A stretch of 64,000 bases of DNA from an uncultured Candidatus Binatia bacterium (GTDB lineage Bacteria > Desulfobacterota > Binatia > UBA9968 > CAXXLF01), in contig OZ244621.1 in assembly GCA_965218425.1 (NCBI GenBank), positions 2,400,001 to 2,464,000 on the forward strand, given 5' to 3'. The notes beneath the pieces were generated by a model that was given only the letters and a program-made list of their open reading frames with translations, was not told the origin of the DNA and did no database searches. The position numbers and the translations under genes are program-made. Below, piece by piece: positions 51,242 to 61,500 of the stretch (position 1 is the first letter of the stretch; each line of letters opens with the position of its first letter).

Positions 51242-51775
51242 TCAGGTTTCTGAAATATTCAAGGCTCCGGGCATGATCGGCATTGGCCGATCACGCAGAG
51301 GATGACTGATTTTAGGTGGACAAACCGTGAGTACCGGGCAAGGCGCTTCACGGCTTACTGATTTGGAGATGCTGGGACAGATTAGGCGCATGAGCACTCC
51401 TCTTTCGCGTTTTGCTATGACAATAATATCGGCTTCCTCTCGGCAGGCCACGGTGACGATCTGGGCTGCGGTGTTGCCGACTTCCACGTTGGATTGCCAA
51501 TCGATCTGATCCAGTTGACGGCTAAAGTCGCCCTGGGTGAAACGGTTGAGGTTTATGGCCGCGTCCCGGCGCAGGCACTCGAACAAGGATATGGGCGGCT
51601 TGTTTTCGCCGGTGAACTTCTCGGCGAGACTTTCCAGTGCATAGACTGGCGGTGAAATCACGTGCAGGATTGACAGCTTGGCGCGTTTCTCTTTCGCCAG
51701 CGATATTGCGTAGGAGAGTCCCGCCTTTGAGTTGTCGGACAAGTCGGTGGGAGAAAGTATTTTTCGGACTATCAT
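51242..51775 (-). CDS. Universal stress protein
   Basis: KILSPTDLSDNS, ILHVI, ADIIVI, APCPVLTV; RBS aggagg before ATG 51775. Confidence 0.9.
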   Translation of the reverse strand: MIVRKILSPTDLSDNSKAGLSYAISLAKEKRAKLSILHVISPPVYALESLAEKFTGENKPPISLFECLRRDAAINLNRFTQGDFSRQLDQIDWQSNVEVGNTAAQIVTVACREEADIIVIAKRERGVLMRLICPSISKSVSREAPCPVLTVCPPKISHPLRDRPMPIMPGALNISET

Positions 51776-52019
51776 ATAAAACCTCCTTGGGACTGAAGCG
51801 TAATCATCGTTGCCTGTATCCATGTGACCGAAGAAATGTTGGAAGGTGGATCGTTTATTGTTTTCCAGGTGCTTTGGAAGCTAATTTAACGGGTCCCTGT
51901 TAATTCCCTGTGAAGGGGAGAAGACTTTTCAGTTAAGTCAGCGGAAAAAAAAGGGTGCAGGGTATCCTAAGTGGAATAGAAGAGGGCGATCTTATGGGAC
52001 GGCTGGGTCTTCTTGGCAG

Positions 52020-52043
52020 GGGGCAACCCCACGGGGTTGCCCC
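52020..52043. repeat. GC-rich palindrome (REP-like or terminator stem)
   Basis: ggggcaacccc-ac-ggggttgcccc. Confidence 0.6.
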
Positions 52044-52100
52044 GGACTCATGGGAAATCGCAATTCTGGAGGGATAATTGGGGATGGAAACCGTTGATTC

Positions 52101-53615
52101 TCAGCTCCGCGGCTCCATCATGTCCTTTAATTTTCCTTTGTCCACCTTGCCCAGGTGGGTATGGGGAAGGGTGGATACGAAGCTCACAGACTTGGGGACC
52201 TTGTATGACGCCAGACGGTCTTTGCAAAACTGGACTAGTTCCTGGGTTTGGGTTTCCGCACGCTCCTTGAGCACGACGACGGCCGTCGTCACCTCGCCCC
52301 ATTCTGAATCAGGTAAACCGATCACAGCCGCCTCTAAAACGTCCGGATGGCTGTAAAGCACCTCTTCTATCTCCAGAGGATAGATGCTGATGCCACCGCT
52401 CTTGATCATGTCCTTTCGTCTTCCCACCACGTAGAGGTAGCCCTCTTCGTCAAAGTGCCCCAGGTCTCCGGTATAAAACCACCCATCCCGAAAGGAGAGA
52501 TCGGTGGCGTTGGTGTCGTTGTAATAACCTTGAGAGGCCAGGGGACTTTTACAGATGATTTCTCCCGCCTGACCCACCGGCAGGGGACTTCCTGATTCAT
52601 CGATAATTCTCAATTCGGCACACCAGATGGGACGCCCCCCTGAAAGGGGTTTGGCATCCATGTCCTTTGGTTTGGCAATGGCCATTTGTCCGGAGTCGGT
52701 GGAGGCATAGGTCCGGTAAATATTGGGTGTAATTTTCTTCCGGAGGCCTTCCAGAGTCGGCAGGTGTACCCTTCCTCCGGTGATGCTAAGGCAGCGCAGT
52801 GAGCTGGTGTCAAAATTCTGAGTTTCCACCACCTGCAGGAGTCGTTCGCACATCGTAGGAACGCCGCCGAGATAGGTCACCTTGTCTCTCTCCACTGTTC
52901 TCAGGACCTCCACGGGGTTGAAGTTCGGATGTAGAATCACGGTGCCGCCAAAAAACAACGTTCCCAGGGTAAATGACCGACCGTGGCTGAAATAGATGGG
53001 GGATGAGAGAAGAGCGGTATCGTGCACTCCCAAACCTTTCTCGATGGCGTTATTGATGCAGTGAAGAGCGTAGGATCTGTGACTGACCAGACATCCTTTG
53101 GGAAAACTGGTGGTCCCTGAAGTAATCATCACAAGGAAGGGGGAGTCCTCCTCCACTTCCACGGCTGGCTCATTTGAACTGGGATCGTTTACAAGGTTAT
53201 TGTAGCTTTTGCTACCGAGAACAATCGGTTGGATAGCCTCAAGTGACTTCTGCTCCTTTGCACGGTTGTATTCTTCCTGGCAGGCGTCCTCGAGGAACAG
53301 GGCGACTGCCTGGAGCGATGCCAGGGTCGAGGCGATTTCCAAGGCTCGCCACTTGATGTCCAGTGGAATGCCGAGGGCGCCGATCTTGGCCAGGGCAAAT
53401 ACAATTTCAATGTGTTCAATGCGGTTACCCACCAGAAGGGCCACCGGATCGCCTTTCCGGATGCCTTTGCTGAGTAGACCATTGGCCAGTCGATTGACCC
53501 TTTGGTTGAGCTCGCCATAGGTAATCTGCCGCTGGGAATCTCTCAAGGCGGTTTTAAGAGGGTACTTGTAGGCGTTTCTCCTCAGGGCGTCGCCCATCAC
53601 CATCTCGATCTTCAT
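52101..53615 (-). CDS. AMP-forming acyl-CoA synthetase
   Basis: TSGTTSFPKG, YASTDSG, GWFYTGDLG, GRRKDMIKSGG, GKVDK. Confidence 0.93.
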   Translation of the reverse strand: MKIEMVMGDALRRNAYKYPLKTALRDSQRQITYGELNQRVNRLANGLLSKGIRKGDPVALLVGNRIEHIEIVFALAKIGALGIPLDIKWRALEIASTLASLQAVALFLEDACQEEYNRAKEQKSLEAIQPIVLGSKSYNNLVNDPSSNEPAVEVEEDSPFLVMITSGTTSFPKGCLVSHRSYALHCINNAIEKGLGVHDTALLSSPIYFSHGRSFTLGTLFFGGTVILHPNFNPVEVLRTVERDKVTYLGGVPTMCERLLQVVETQNFDTSSLRCLSITGGRVHLPTLEGLRKKITPNIYRTYASTDSGQMAIAKPKDMDAKPLSGGRPIWCAELRIIDESGSPLPVGQAGEIICKSPLASQGYYNDTNATDLSFRDGWFYTGDLGHFDEEGYLYVVGRRKDMIKSGGISIYPLEIEEVLYSHPDVLEAAVIGLPDSEWGEVTTAVVVLKERAETQTQELVQFCKDRLASYKVPKSVSFVSTLPHTHLGKVDKGKLKDMMEPRS

Positions 53616-53628
53616 GATCCTCTTCGCT

Positions 53629-54048
53629 CTATAAAGTCTTATGAGTGATCATTTCAAAAACCGGGAGCTTGATCTTGGGATCGTGGGTCTCTTTAAAAGT
53701 CACCATGACGGGAGCCCCAATTTTTACCCCTTCTACGTCCGTTGCCATGACCCTGCTTTGCATCAGTACCCCTTCGTCGAGAACAATATCCGCATAACAA
53801 ATGGGAGCCTCTTCCTTGAAGGCCGGGTTTCGTGGGACCCTGACCCAGGTATAGCTGTGGATGGTTCCTCGGCCGCTGACTGGTAGCCACTGGAGATCCC
53901 GATGAAAGCACTGGGTGCAGACGGGGCGAGGAAAAAACTGACGGTGGTTGCACTTTTGACACTTCTGCAAGAGGAGATTCCCTTCTGCCGCACCTTGCCA
54001 GAGTCCCTGGTCGATGCTGTTAATTTTCGGAAGGCTTTTTTCCGCCAT
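53629..54048 (-). CDS. DUF35 Zn-ribbon/OB-fold protein
   Basis: CQKC...FPRPVCTQC, SGRGTIHSYT; start overlaps the stop of the thiolase-like gene. Confidence 0.9.
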   Translation of the reverse strand: MAEKSLPKINSIDQGLWQGAAEGNLLLQKCQKCNHRQFFPRPVCTQCFHRDLQWLPVSGRGTIHSYTWVRVPRNPAFKEEAPICYADIVLDEGVLMQSRVMATDVEGVKIGAPVMVTFKETHDPKIKLPVFEMITHKTL

Positions 54049-55199
54049 CAGGACCTGCGTTCCATAACCAATCCGCCAGTACAAATTAAATTGCGTCCAT
54101 AGGCAAGCCATCCAATGCCTGTGACCAGGGCCCTCTCGGCCTTGGCAACCTGTCGCGGGCCGGCTTCGCCACGGAGCTGCCTGAGGGCTTCCACCAGATG
54201 GAGGAATCCGCCCCCTAAACCGGCCTGACCCACCGAAAGCTGTCCTCCTCCCGTGTTCACAGGAAAATCCCCGCTAAAAGACAGATCGTGGGCTTGCACA
54301 AATTTCCCCCCGTCCCCTTTCTTACAGAAACCCAGGTCTTCAAGCTGGATCAGCACCGCGATGGGATAGTCGTCATAAATCTCACAGAGATCAATTTCAT
54401 CCCGGCTCACCTCGGCAAAGAGCCTCTCACCTACGATCTTCATTCCTGTCGTGGTCTTGTCGGGAAGCATCTCTCCCACCTGGTAGTTTATTTTCTCCGC
54501 ATCGGTCAACAAATAGACCAATTTATCCGTGATTTGTTTTGCCCGTTCCTCCGAAGCAACCACGATGCACTCGGCGCCGGAGCACGGCATAACGCAGTCG
54601 AATAGGCGAATTGGATCGGATATCAACCGTGAATTGAGATAATCCTCCATGGTCATTGGGTTACGAAACAGTGCCTGGGGGTTCAACCCGGCATTTTCCC
54701 TCTGAGTGACTGCGATCTTACCGATTTGTTCCAGTTGGGTCCCGTACTCTTCCACGTGACGCTGTTCCACAAGGGCGAAAAGAGTGTTGGGCCCGCCATA
54801 GCCAAAGACATCCACATAGTTGGACCTTTGGTATTCCAGAACCCTTTGATGGCTGACGGTCCTGTCAAAGGAATTGCCGCCCACCAGTACGGCGAGGTCA
54901 ATGTGACCCGCTTCGATGGCGTCCGCCGCGCGTCTGAGGCTCATCACGCCGCCTGCTCCACCGTAGTCCCCGTTGAGCACCCAATCCAATTCCAATCCCA
55001 ACTGCTCGGCGACGAATGGAGACTGGTCTGGACTAGCCTGCGTGGTGACCGAAAACCCCTGAATCTCTTTTTTATGAAGGCCGGTTTGTTCGAGGGCCTG
55101 AACCATGGCATCGGAGTAATGCGAGAGGAGCGGCTTTTCTGATTGCCGTGAGTACGCTGTGGAACCGTAGCCTACCAGGCACACGCCTTTTCGTCTCAT
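54048..55199 (-). CDS. Thiolase-like (SCP2/Ltp2-type) protein
   Basis: NPQA, SDPIRLFDC, IYDDY, PVNTGGGQLS, EALRQLRGEAGPRQV. Confidence 0.9.
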   Translation of the reverse strand: MRRKGVCLVGYGSTAYSRQSEKPLLSHYSDAMVQALEQTGLHKKEIQGFSVTTQASPDQSPFVAEQLGLELDWVLNGDYGGAGGVMSLRRAADAIEAGHIDLAVLVGGNSFDRTVSHQRVLEYQRSNYVDVFGYGGPNTLFALVEQRHVEEYGTQLEQIGKIAVTQRENAGLNPQALFRNPMTMEDYLNSRLISDPIRLFDCVMPCSGAECIVVASEERAKQITDKLVYLLTDAEKINYQVGEMLPDKTTTGMKIVGERLFAEVSRDEIDLCEIYDDYPIAVLIQLEDLGFCKKGDGGKFVQAHDLSFSGDFPVNTGGGQLSVGQAGLGGGFLHLVEALRQLRGEAGPRQVAKAERALVTGIGWLAYGRNLICTGGLVMERRS

Positions 55200-55348
55200 C
55201 CAACCCGCCTTACGATGTACCCTATGAGTTCATCCTAGCATTGATTATTCGGACCCATCTCTTCCTTGTTGCCATAATACACGCGGGTTGGAAGGCTACG
55301 GCGATGAAAGCGGATATTGGGGTTGCAGTTTCCTGATGAGGAAGCCTG

Positions 55349-56056
55349 TCAATGGAGAGTCGGCTTGGAGTCATCGTCTCGATCGCCTGTAATTATTCGG
55401 AACCGACGTTTGCGGCGGGCTAATTGGTATTGATCAAAGTATATCTTTAACCAAACCAAGGGGTTTCCCCAACGGAGGTAAATATAACCAAAGACCATTC
55501 CCCCCATGTGAGCGAGATGGGCGATCCCGGAACCGCTTACAGTGAAGGAGGAGTATAGGGCAATGGCTCCGATGATCATCACGAAATGCTTCATCTTGAT
55601 GGGGAAGAGGAAGTAAAAGTAGACGGTTCGGTTTGGATAGGTGAGCCCATAGGCGAGCAGAATCCCATAGATTCCCCCTGAGGCACCGATGCTGGGGACC
55701 ATCTGAGACGGCATGAGGATGGCGTTGAGAATTCCCCCGCCTACTGCCGAAACAAAATAGTATTTGGTAAAGAACTTTGATTCCCACCTCCGTTCAAGAT
55801 CGCAGCCAAACATCCACAGGGCGAGCATGTTAAACAGGAGATGGAAGATTCCGCCGTGGAGAAACTGGTAGGTAAAAAGCTGCCAAAGGTAGTACTCCTT
55901 CCATACCAGTTGAGGCACCAAGCCGAAGATAAGAATGAAACTGTAATCCGTGAACGTTTGGAAAATGAAAACAACGACGTTGGCAATAAGCAATAACTTT
56001 ATTGCCGGCGTCATTCCCCCGCCGCTGAACATGACTCTTCTGGTTTGGTAAATCAT
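55349..56056 (-). CDS. Rhomboid family intramembrane serine protease
   Basis: FLHGGIFHLLFNM, GASGG, AHLAHMGG. Confidence 0.93.
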   Translation of the reverse strand: MIYQTRRVMFSGGGMTPAIKLLLIANVVVFIFQTFTDYSFILIFGLVPQLVWKEYYLWQLFTYQFLHGGIFHLLFNMLALWMFGCDLERRWESKFFTKYYFVSAVGGGILNAILMPSQMVPSIGASGGIYGILLAYGLTYPNRTVYFYFLFPIKMKHFVMIIGAIALYSSFTVSGSGIAHLAHMGGMVFGYIYLRWGNPLVWLKIYFDQYQLARRKRRFRIITGDRDDDSKPTLH

Positions 56057-56336
56057 TTTAACCGATCCATTCCGGATTGGCCGTTGCAGGTGCTGTTTTT
56101 AACACCGTGGTAGATGCAAGGCAATGTGCTGCTATGGGTCCATTATTCTGAATTGGATCCTAGCGTGAAGTTAAAATTCAACTACGATCCGCACAAAGGC
56201 TTATTGTCCCCTACATGGGTCAAAAAATCCAGCTATTTCCCGTTGTTTTTTCCCCTGTTTGAAAAATAACGTGGTATAGAAATTGAATTTGTTTTTGGGC
56301 ATGAGGCGTTGTGCACTGGGCCACTCAGGGTCTGTA

Positions 56337-56891
56337 ATGGAAGAGTTGAGAAGATTTGTCAATGGGAAGGTGGTGGTTATGGTTGGGGATATCACCGGGG
56401 ATAAAGTGGACGCAATTGTTAACGCGGCCAATAGCTCCTTGATGGGCGGCGGGGGAGTGGACGGAGCCATCCACCGTGCGGGAGGCCCGGATATCTTACA
56501 TGCCTGTAAGGAGATTCGCAGAGATCACTATCCAGATGGTTTGCCCACTGGGCGTGCCGTGATAACCACCGCGGGAAAGATGGTCGCTAAATACGTCATC
56601 CATACGGTGGGTCCCGTCTATGGGCGGGGCGGGAAGGAGAAGGCAAAAGAACTGGCGTCATGTTACCGGAACTCTCTAGCCCTCGCCGCGCAGAATGGCC
56701 TTGATACAGTGGCCTTCCCAGCCATTTCAACCGGGGTTTACGGATACCCCCTGGATGAAGCGGCCCAGGTGTGTTCGAAAGCCGTACAAGAGTTTCTCGC
56801 ATCGAGTACGAGCGTGAATGAAGTTCGCCTAGTGTTTTACAGCCAGGACGACGCCGATACTTTTCTCGAAAGTCATTCATTTGAGGACTAA
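56337..56891 (+). CDS. Macrodomain protein (O-acetyl-ADP-ribose deacetylase, YmdB-like)
   Basis: GDIT, IVNAAN, GGGGVDGAIH, HTVGP, AFPAISTGVYGYP. Confidence 0.94.
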   Translation: MEELRRFVNGKVVVMVGDITGDKVDAIVNAANSSLMGGGGVDGAIHRAGGPDILHACKEIRRDHYPDGLPTGRAVITTAGKMVAKYVIHTVGPVYGRGGKEKAKELASCYRNSLALAAQNGLDTVAFPAISTGVYGYPLDEAAQVCSKAVQEFLASSTSVNEVRLVFYSQDDADTFLESHSFED

Positions 56892-56981
56892 CGGCAGTTG
56901 CCTGCGAATTCAATATTGCACTGGATATGGAGTCAGTGGTATGTGGGGTCTGCGTGAGGATGAAATCCTGGGAGGACTATT

Positions 56982-57440
56982 ATGCATTTGTATCTGGTGA
57001 GGCATGGAGAAGCCAAGTCGGAAGAAGAGGATCCCGAACGTCCTTTGAGTAGCCGGGGCCGGGAGGAAGTGGATCGGGTTTCTCGGGCGGCGGCGAAAAA
57101 AGGGATGGCGGCATCGAAGATCTTGCATTCAGACAAGCTCAGGGCAAAACAAACGGCCGAAATATTGGCCCGTAATGTGATTCCGACTGAGGGTATATGC
57201 GAAATCAACGGTCTGGGACCTGATGACAATCCCTTGGTGACCAAGGCGGAACTCGAGGCCTCAGGCAGATCGTTGATCGTGGTAGGTCACCTGCCACATC
57301 TTAATCGTCTCGTCACCATGCTCCTCAACGGCAATTCAAGTGCACAAGTGATTGATTTCCCTACAGCTTCCATAGTATGTCTATCCCGCCGCAAGAAGGA
57401 TTGGGAGGTTAGCTGGACCGTGGACCCGGCGGGCGCGTGA
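56982..57440 (+). CDS. sixA: Phosphohistidine phosphatase
   Basis: LYLVRHGEA, RAKQTA, VGHLPHL. Confidence 0.9.
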   Translation: MHLYLVRHGEAKSEEEDPERPLSSRGREEVDRVSRAAAKKGMAASKILHSDKLRAKQTAEILARNVIPTEGICEINGLGPDDNPLVTKAELEASGRSLIVVGHLPHLNRLVTMLLNGNSSAQVIDFPTASIVCLSRRKKDWEVSWTVDPAGA

Positions 57441-57584
57441 GAGAATCCATGGCGCAGGAATTGAGGCGGTTACCGTTGCGAACAAATACCAAGGTTATGA
57501 AATTGGAAAAGTTGACTGGCGACGTGGGATGTTCTAAAAAGGATCATTTCATAGGGTCTGGGAATAAGGCGGAGGATCATCCAT

Positions 57585-58874
57585 ATGGCTTCTGATACGC
57601 TGTCTGTTGTCGATAATCGTACTGGAAAGAGCTATGAGTTGCCGATCAAGGACGGCGCCATCAGTACCATGGATCTGCGCAACATCAGGGTGTCCGAAGA
57701 TGATTTCGGATTGATGAGTTACGATCCTGGTTTCATGAATACCGCCTCCTGCCAAAGTCGTATCACATTTATTGACGGTGACGTGGGCATCTTACGGTAC
57801 CGTGGCTATCCCATTGAGCAGTTGGCTGAAAAGAGTAACTACCTCGAGACCGCCTATCTATTGATCAACGGTGAGCTTCCCACAAGTTCACAGCTGGAAG
57901 AATGGAATTGGAATGTCATCAATCATACCATGGTCCACGAGAGCATTAAAAAGTTCGTGGATGGCTTTCATTACGACGCGCATCCAATGGGGATGGTGAT
58001 TAGTGCTGTGGGAGCCCTTTCAACCTTTTATCCCGATGCGAAAAACATCTTCAGCGCAGAGTCCCGTAGGATTCAGACCTACCGCCTTTTAGGAAAGCTG
58101 CCAACCGTTGCTGCCTACGCCTATCGACACAGCCTGGGGCTGCCCTATGTTTATCCGGTGAACGATTTCAGTTACACGGGCAACTTTCTCAACATGATGT
58201 TCAAGATGACGGAGCTCCAATACAAACCCAATCCGGTGCTGGAAAGGGCCCTGGATGTGCTGTTCATTCTCCACGCGGATCACGAGCAGAACTGTAGCAC
58301 CAACACCATGCGCGGTGTGGGCAGCTCGCAAGTGGATCCCTATTGCTCCGTGGCGGCCTCCGCGGCCGCACTCTACGGGCCTCTGCACGGTGGGGCCAAC
58401 GAGGCGGTGTTGCGGATGCTTATGGAAATTGGATCGAAGGACAAGGTTAACGGATTTATCAAGAAGGTGAAGGGTGGTGAGGGACGGCTCATGGGGTTTG
58501 GTCACCGTGTCTATAAAAACTATGATCCGCGCGCGAAAATCATCAAGGAAACCGCAGACGCCGTGTTCCAGGTCACCGGACGCAATCCACTTCTCGACAT
58601 CGCCCTGGAACTGGAGCGCATCGCCTTAGAAGACGATTACTTTATGAAACGTAAACTCTATCCCAACGTGGATTTTTACTCTGGCCTTATTTACCAGTCC
58701 ATGGGACTCCCTCAGGATATGTTCCCTGTGCTTTTTGCCATACCACGGACCTCGGGCTGGATTGCCCAGTGGGAAGAGATGCTGCTGGATTCCGAACAGA
58801 AGCTCGCCCGGCCAAGGCAGATCTATTTGGGCGCGGAGGAACGCACCTATGTGCCTATGAACCAACGAGGTTGA
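57585..58874 (+). CDS. gltA: Citrate synthase
   Basis: LHADHEQNCST, GPLHGGAN, GFGHRVYKNYDPR, YPNVDFYSG. Confidence 0.98.
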   Translation: MASDTLSVVDNRTGKSYELPIKDGAISTMDLRNIRVSEDDFGLMSYDPGFMNTASCQSRITFIDGDVGILRYRGYPIEQLAEKSNYLETAYLLINGELPTSSQLEEWNWNVINHTMVHESIKKFVDGFHYDAHPMGMVISAVGALSTFYPDAKNIFSAESRRIQTYRLLGKLPTVAAYAYRHSLGLPYVYPVNDFSYTGNFLNMMFKMTELQYKPNPVLERALDVLFILHADHEQNCSTNTMRGVGSSQVDPYCSVAASAAALYGPLHGGANEAVLRMLMEIGSKDKVNGFIKKVKGGEGRLMGFGHRVYKNYDPRAKIIKETADAVFQVTGRNPLLDIALELERIALEDDYFMKRKLYPNVDFYSGLIYQSMGLPQDMFPVLFAIPRTSGWIAQWEEMLLDSEQKLARPRQIYLGAEERTYVPMNQRG

Positions 58875-59039
58875 GGCTTCTTGTTCTCGTCATCTCCGTC
58901 AAATTTTTTTAGTGCCCAAAAGATCCCGGCGCTGAAGCGTGGAGAACAATGTTTCAAACTCCTTACGGGAATCACACAGCAAACACACGGGCCTGACCCC
59001 GTGAACCCGTGAAACCAGGCATTCAATTCCTCCCTTGAC

Positions 59040-60269
59040 ATGAAAAAGCTGGCTATTCTTGTGGGAGGAGGCCCTGCCCCGGGCATCAACGCGGTGATTG
59101 CCGCAGCCACCATCGAGGCGCGCAATCGGGGGCTGCAGGTCATCGGTTGCTACCATGGCTTCCGCTGGCTGGTTCAGGGAGACACCCAACATATCGTTGA
59201 GCTGGATATCGGCGATGTCTCACGGATTCATTTCGAGGGCGGATCCATTCTCCTCACCTCGCGAACCAATCCCACCCGCAGTCCAGACGGCGCGCGCCGC
59301 GTGGCGGAAACACTTCAAAGCCTGGGGGTGCAATACCTGTTGACCCTGGGTGGAGACGACACGGCCTTTGCGGCATCGCAGATCGTCAAGGCGTCACCTG
59401 ACATCGCCGTTGCTCACGTTCCCAAGACCATCGACAACGACCTGCCCTTGCCCGCAGATATTGTCACCTTTGGTTTCACCACGGCTTGCAACCTCGGTAA
59501 GGACCTGGTTCGTAACCTCATGCAGGATGCCGTGACCACGGAACGGTGGTTTTTTGTTACCGTTATGGGAAGGAGTGCGGGCCACCTAGCCCTTGGTATC
59601 GGTGGGGCGGCAGGGGCCACTCTTACTCTGATCGCGGAAGAATTTCCGCAAGGAAACATTAGTCTCGATCGGATCAGGGATGTTATCGAGGGAGCCATGA
59701 TCAAACGGAGAGCCCAGGGGCGTGAGCACGGCGTGGTCCTTCTCTCTGAAGGACTCGCGGCGCGTTTGGATCCTGAAACTCTGAAAGGAATTGAGCACGA
59801 TGCCTTTGGCAATGTGCGATTGAGCGAGCTGGATCTGAGCGGTTCTCTAAAGGATCGCGTTTCCGCCAGTCTGCGGGCAAGGGATCTCCCGGTCACCATC
59901 GTGGCGAAACATCTGGGCTATGAGCTCAGATGCGCGTCACCGGGGGCTCATGATATTCAATACTGTCGAAGCCTGGGATTTTGGGCCACCCGTTTCCTAA
60001 TTGGAGGCGGGAGCGATGCCATGGTTACCATCCAAGCGGGACGACTGGTGCCCATCCCGTTTGAAGAGATGATTGACCCGCAAACGGGAAAGATCCGCGT
60101 GAGGCATGTGGACGTGGAATCGGAGACCTATCAGGCACTGCTCGAGTACATGATTCGGCTGAGGCCCGAGGACCTCAAAGATAAGTCAGTGGTCAAGAGA
60201 CTAGCGACGGCGGGAAAGATGAGTGAATCCGACTTCCTCAATCGCTTCAGCCCCATAGTGGGAAAATAG
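59040..60269 (+). CDS. 6-phosphofructokinase, PPi-dependent type
   Basis: GGGPAPGIN, GGDDT, PKTIDND, MGR, LGYELRC. Confidence 0.92.
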   Translation: MKKLAILVGGGPAPGINAVIAAATIEARNRGLQVIGCYHGFRWLVQGDTQHIVELDIGDVSRIHFEGGSILLTSRTNPTRSPDGARRVAETLQSLGVQYLLTLGGDDTAFAASQIVKASPDIAVAHVPKTIDNDLPLPADIVTFGFTTACNLGKDLVRNLMQDAVTTERWFFVTVMGRSAGHLALGIGGAAGATLTLIAEEFPQGNISLDRIRDVIEGAMIKRRAQGREHGVVLLSEGLAARLDPETLKGIEHDAFGNVRLSELDLSGSLKDRVSASLRARDLPVTIVAKHLGYELRCASPGAHDIQYCRSLGFWATRFLIGGGSDAMVTIQAGRLVPIPFEEMIDPQTGKIRVRHVDVESETYQALLEYMIRLRPEDLKDKSVVKRLATAGKMSESDFLNRFSPIVGK

Positions 60270-60594
60270 CCGCATTGGCTAGTGCCGAATCCCTGAGCCC
60301 ATAGCGCCTACCGGAAGTTCAAACCACGATGTCCTTTAGCATACCTGAGTGAGCGGGCAATCCTCTGATTTTTTCTTCTCTATGCTGCGTTTGTGCCGGC
60401 TTCCGTGGGCGGATCATCTCCCTGATGTGGTGCGTTCTCTCGCCAATTGGAAACGATGATTACCGCAGGAGGTTGGATCTTTCCCTTAGCGTGGGACCGT
60501 GTCAACGGCAGGGCTGGATGAATTAATTAAAATTTGCTACAGGTACTGGTTAAAAAACCGCTGGGAGACTTTTGATCCTGAAAGGAGAGGAATT

Positions 60595-61317
60595 ATGGAT
60601 ATCATTACATCATCCCTTCAGCTTGATACCAGTGATGGAAGGATGGAAGCCTACGAGGCCAGGCCCAAGGACGCAGGGCCCAGTCCGGCCGTTATTATTC
60701 TGATGGAGGCCTTTGGCGTCAACAGCCATATCAAAGACGTAACCGAGCGGGTGGCCCGTGAAGGATACGTCGCCATTGCACCGGATCTTTATCATAGGGA
60801 ATCTGAAAGGATTGTCCCTTACGAAGACCTCAAGAAGGCCGTTGGGATCATGAACCAATTGCAGGACCCCAAGATCATGGACGACGTCGGGGCTGCCCTG
60901 TCCCACTTGAAGACACAGAGCTATGTAGAGCAGGGGGCGATTGGGGTGACAGGGTTTTGCATGGGAGGTCGTTTTACCTATCTCACGGCGGCCCACCACA
61001 ACAAGGACATCAAAGCGGCGGTGGTCTTCTACGGTGGGGGTATCGCTCTTGGTAAACCAAGCCCCTTGGAACGCACGGGCGAGATCAACTGTCCCATGAC
61101 TCTCTTTTTTGGTGGCAAGGACCCCCTCATCCCCAAGGAACACGTGGATGCAGTCAACAAAGCGCTCACGGACAACAAGAAGAATTTTTCGCTCGAGGTC
61201 TATCCGGAACCGGGCCATGGGTTCTTCTGTAATGACAGACAGCAGAGCTATCACAAAGCTTCCGCTGATGACGCCTGGGAAAAGACCAAAGCCTTCTTCA
61301 CGCAGCACTTGAAATAA
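60595..61317 (+). CDS. Dienelactone hydrolase family protein
   Basis: EAFGVN, APDLY, GFCMGG, GKDPLI, GHGF; RBS aggagagg. Confidence 0.93.
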   Translation: MDIITSSLQLDTSDGRMEAYEARPKDAGPSPAVIILMEAFGVNSHIKDVTERVAREGYVAIAPDLYHRESERIVPYEDLKKAVGIMNQLQDPKIMDDVGAALSHLKTQSYVEQGAIGVTGFCMGGRFTYLTAAHHNKDIKAAVVFYGGGIALGKPSPLERTGEINCPMTLFFGGKDPLIPKEHVDAVNKALTDNKKNFSLEVYPEPGHGFFCNDRQQSYHKASADDAWEKTKAFFTQHLK

Positions 61318-61338
61318 GTGATCCCCAGAGTTCTAACC

Positions 61339-61373
61339 GGAGGAGGAATGGAAAACAGCACCCTTCCTCCTCC
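61339..61373 (+). terminator. Hairpin after the dienelactone hydrolase gene
   Basis: ggaggaggaa ... ttcctcctcc 10-bp inverted repeat; weak U tract. Confidence 0.45.
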
Positions 61374-61500
61374 TTACCCAATCCTTTGCTCCTGTTGAGC
61401 TTCCTCGTCCGGTCTTGGCGCCGCGCTTTTCAATTGAAGAAATCTCTATAGGAGACTTCCGCTAATCTGTGATAAAGTAAGCTACGAGGGAGTTTAGGGC

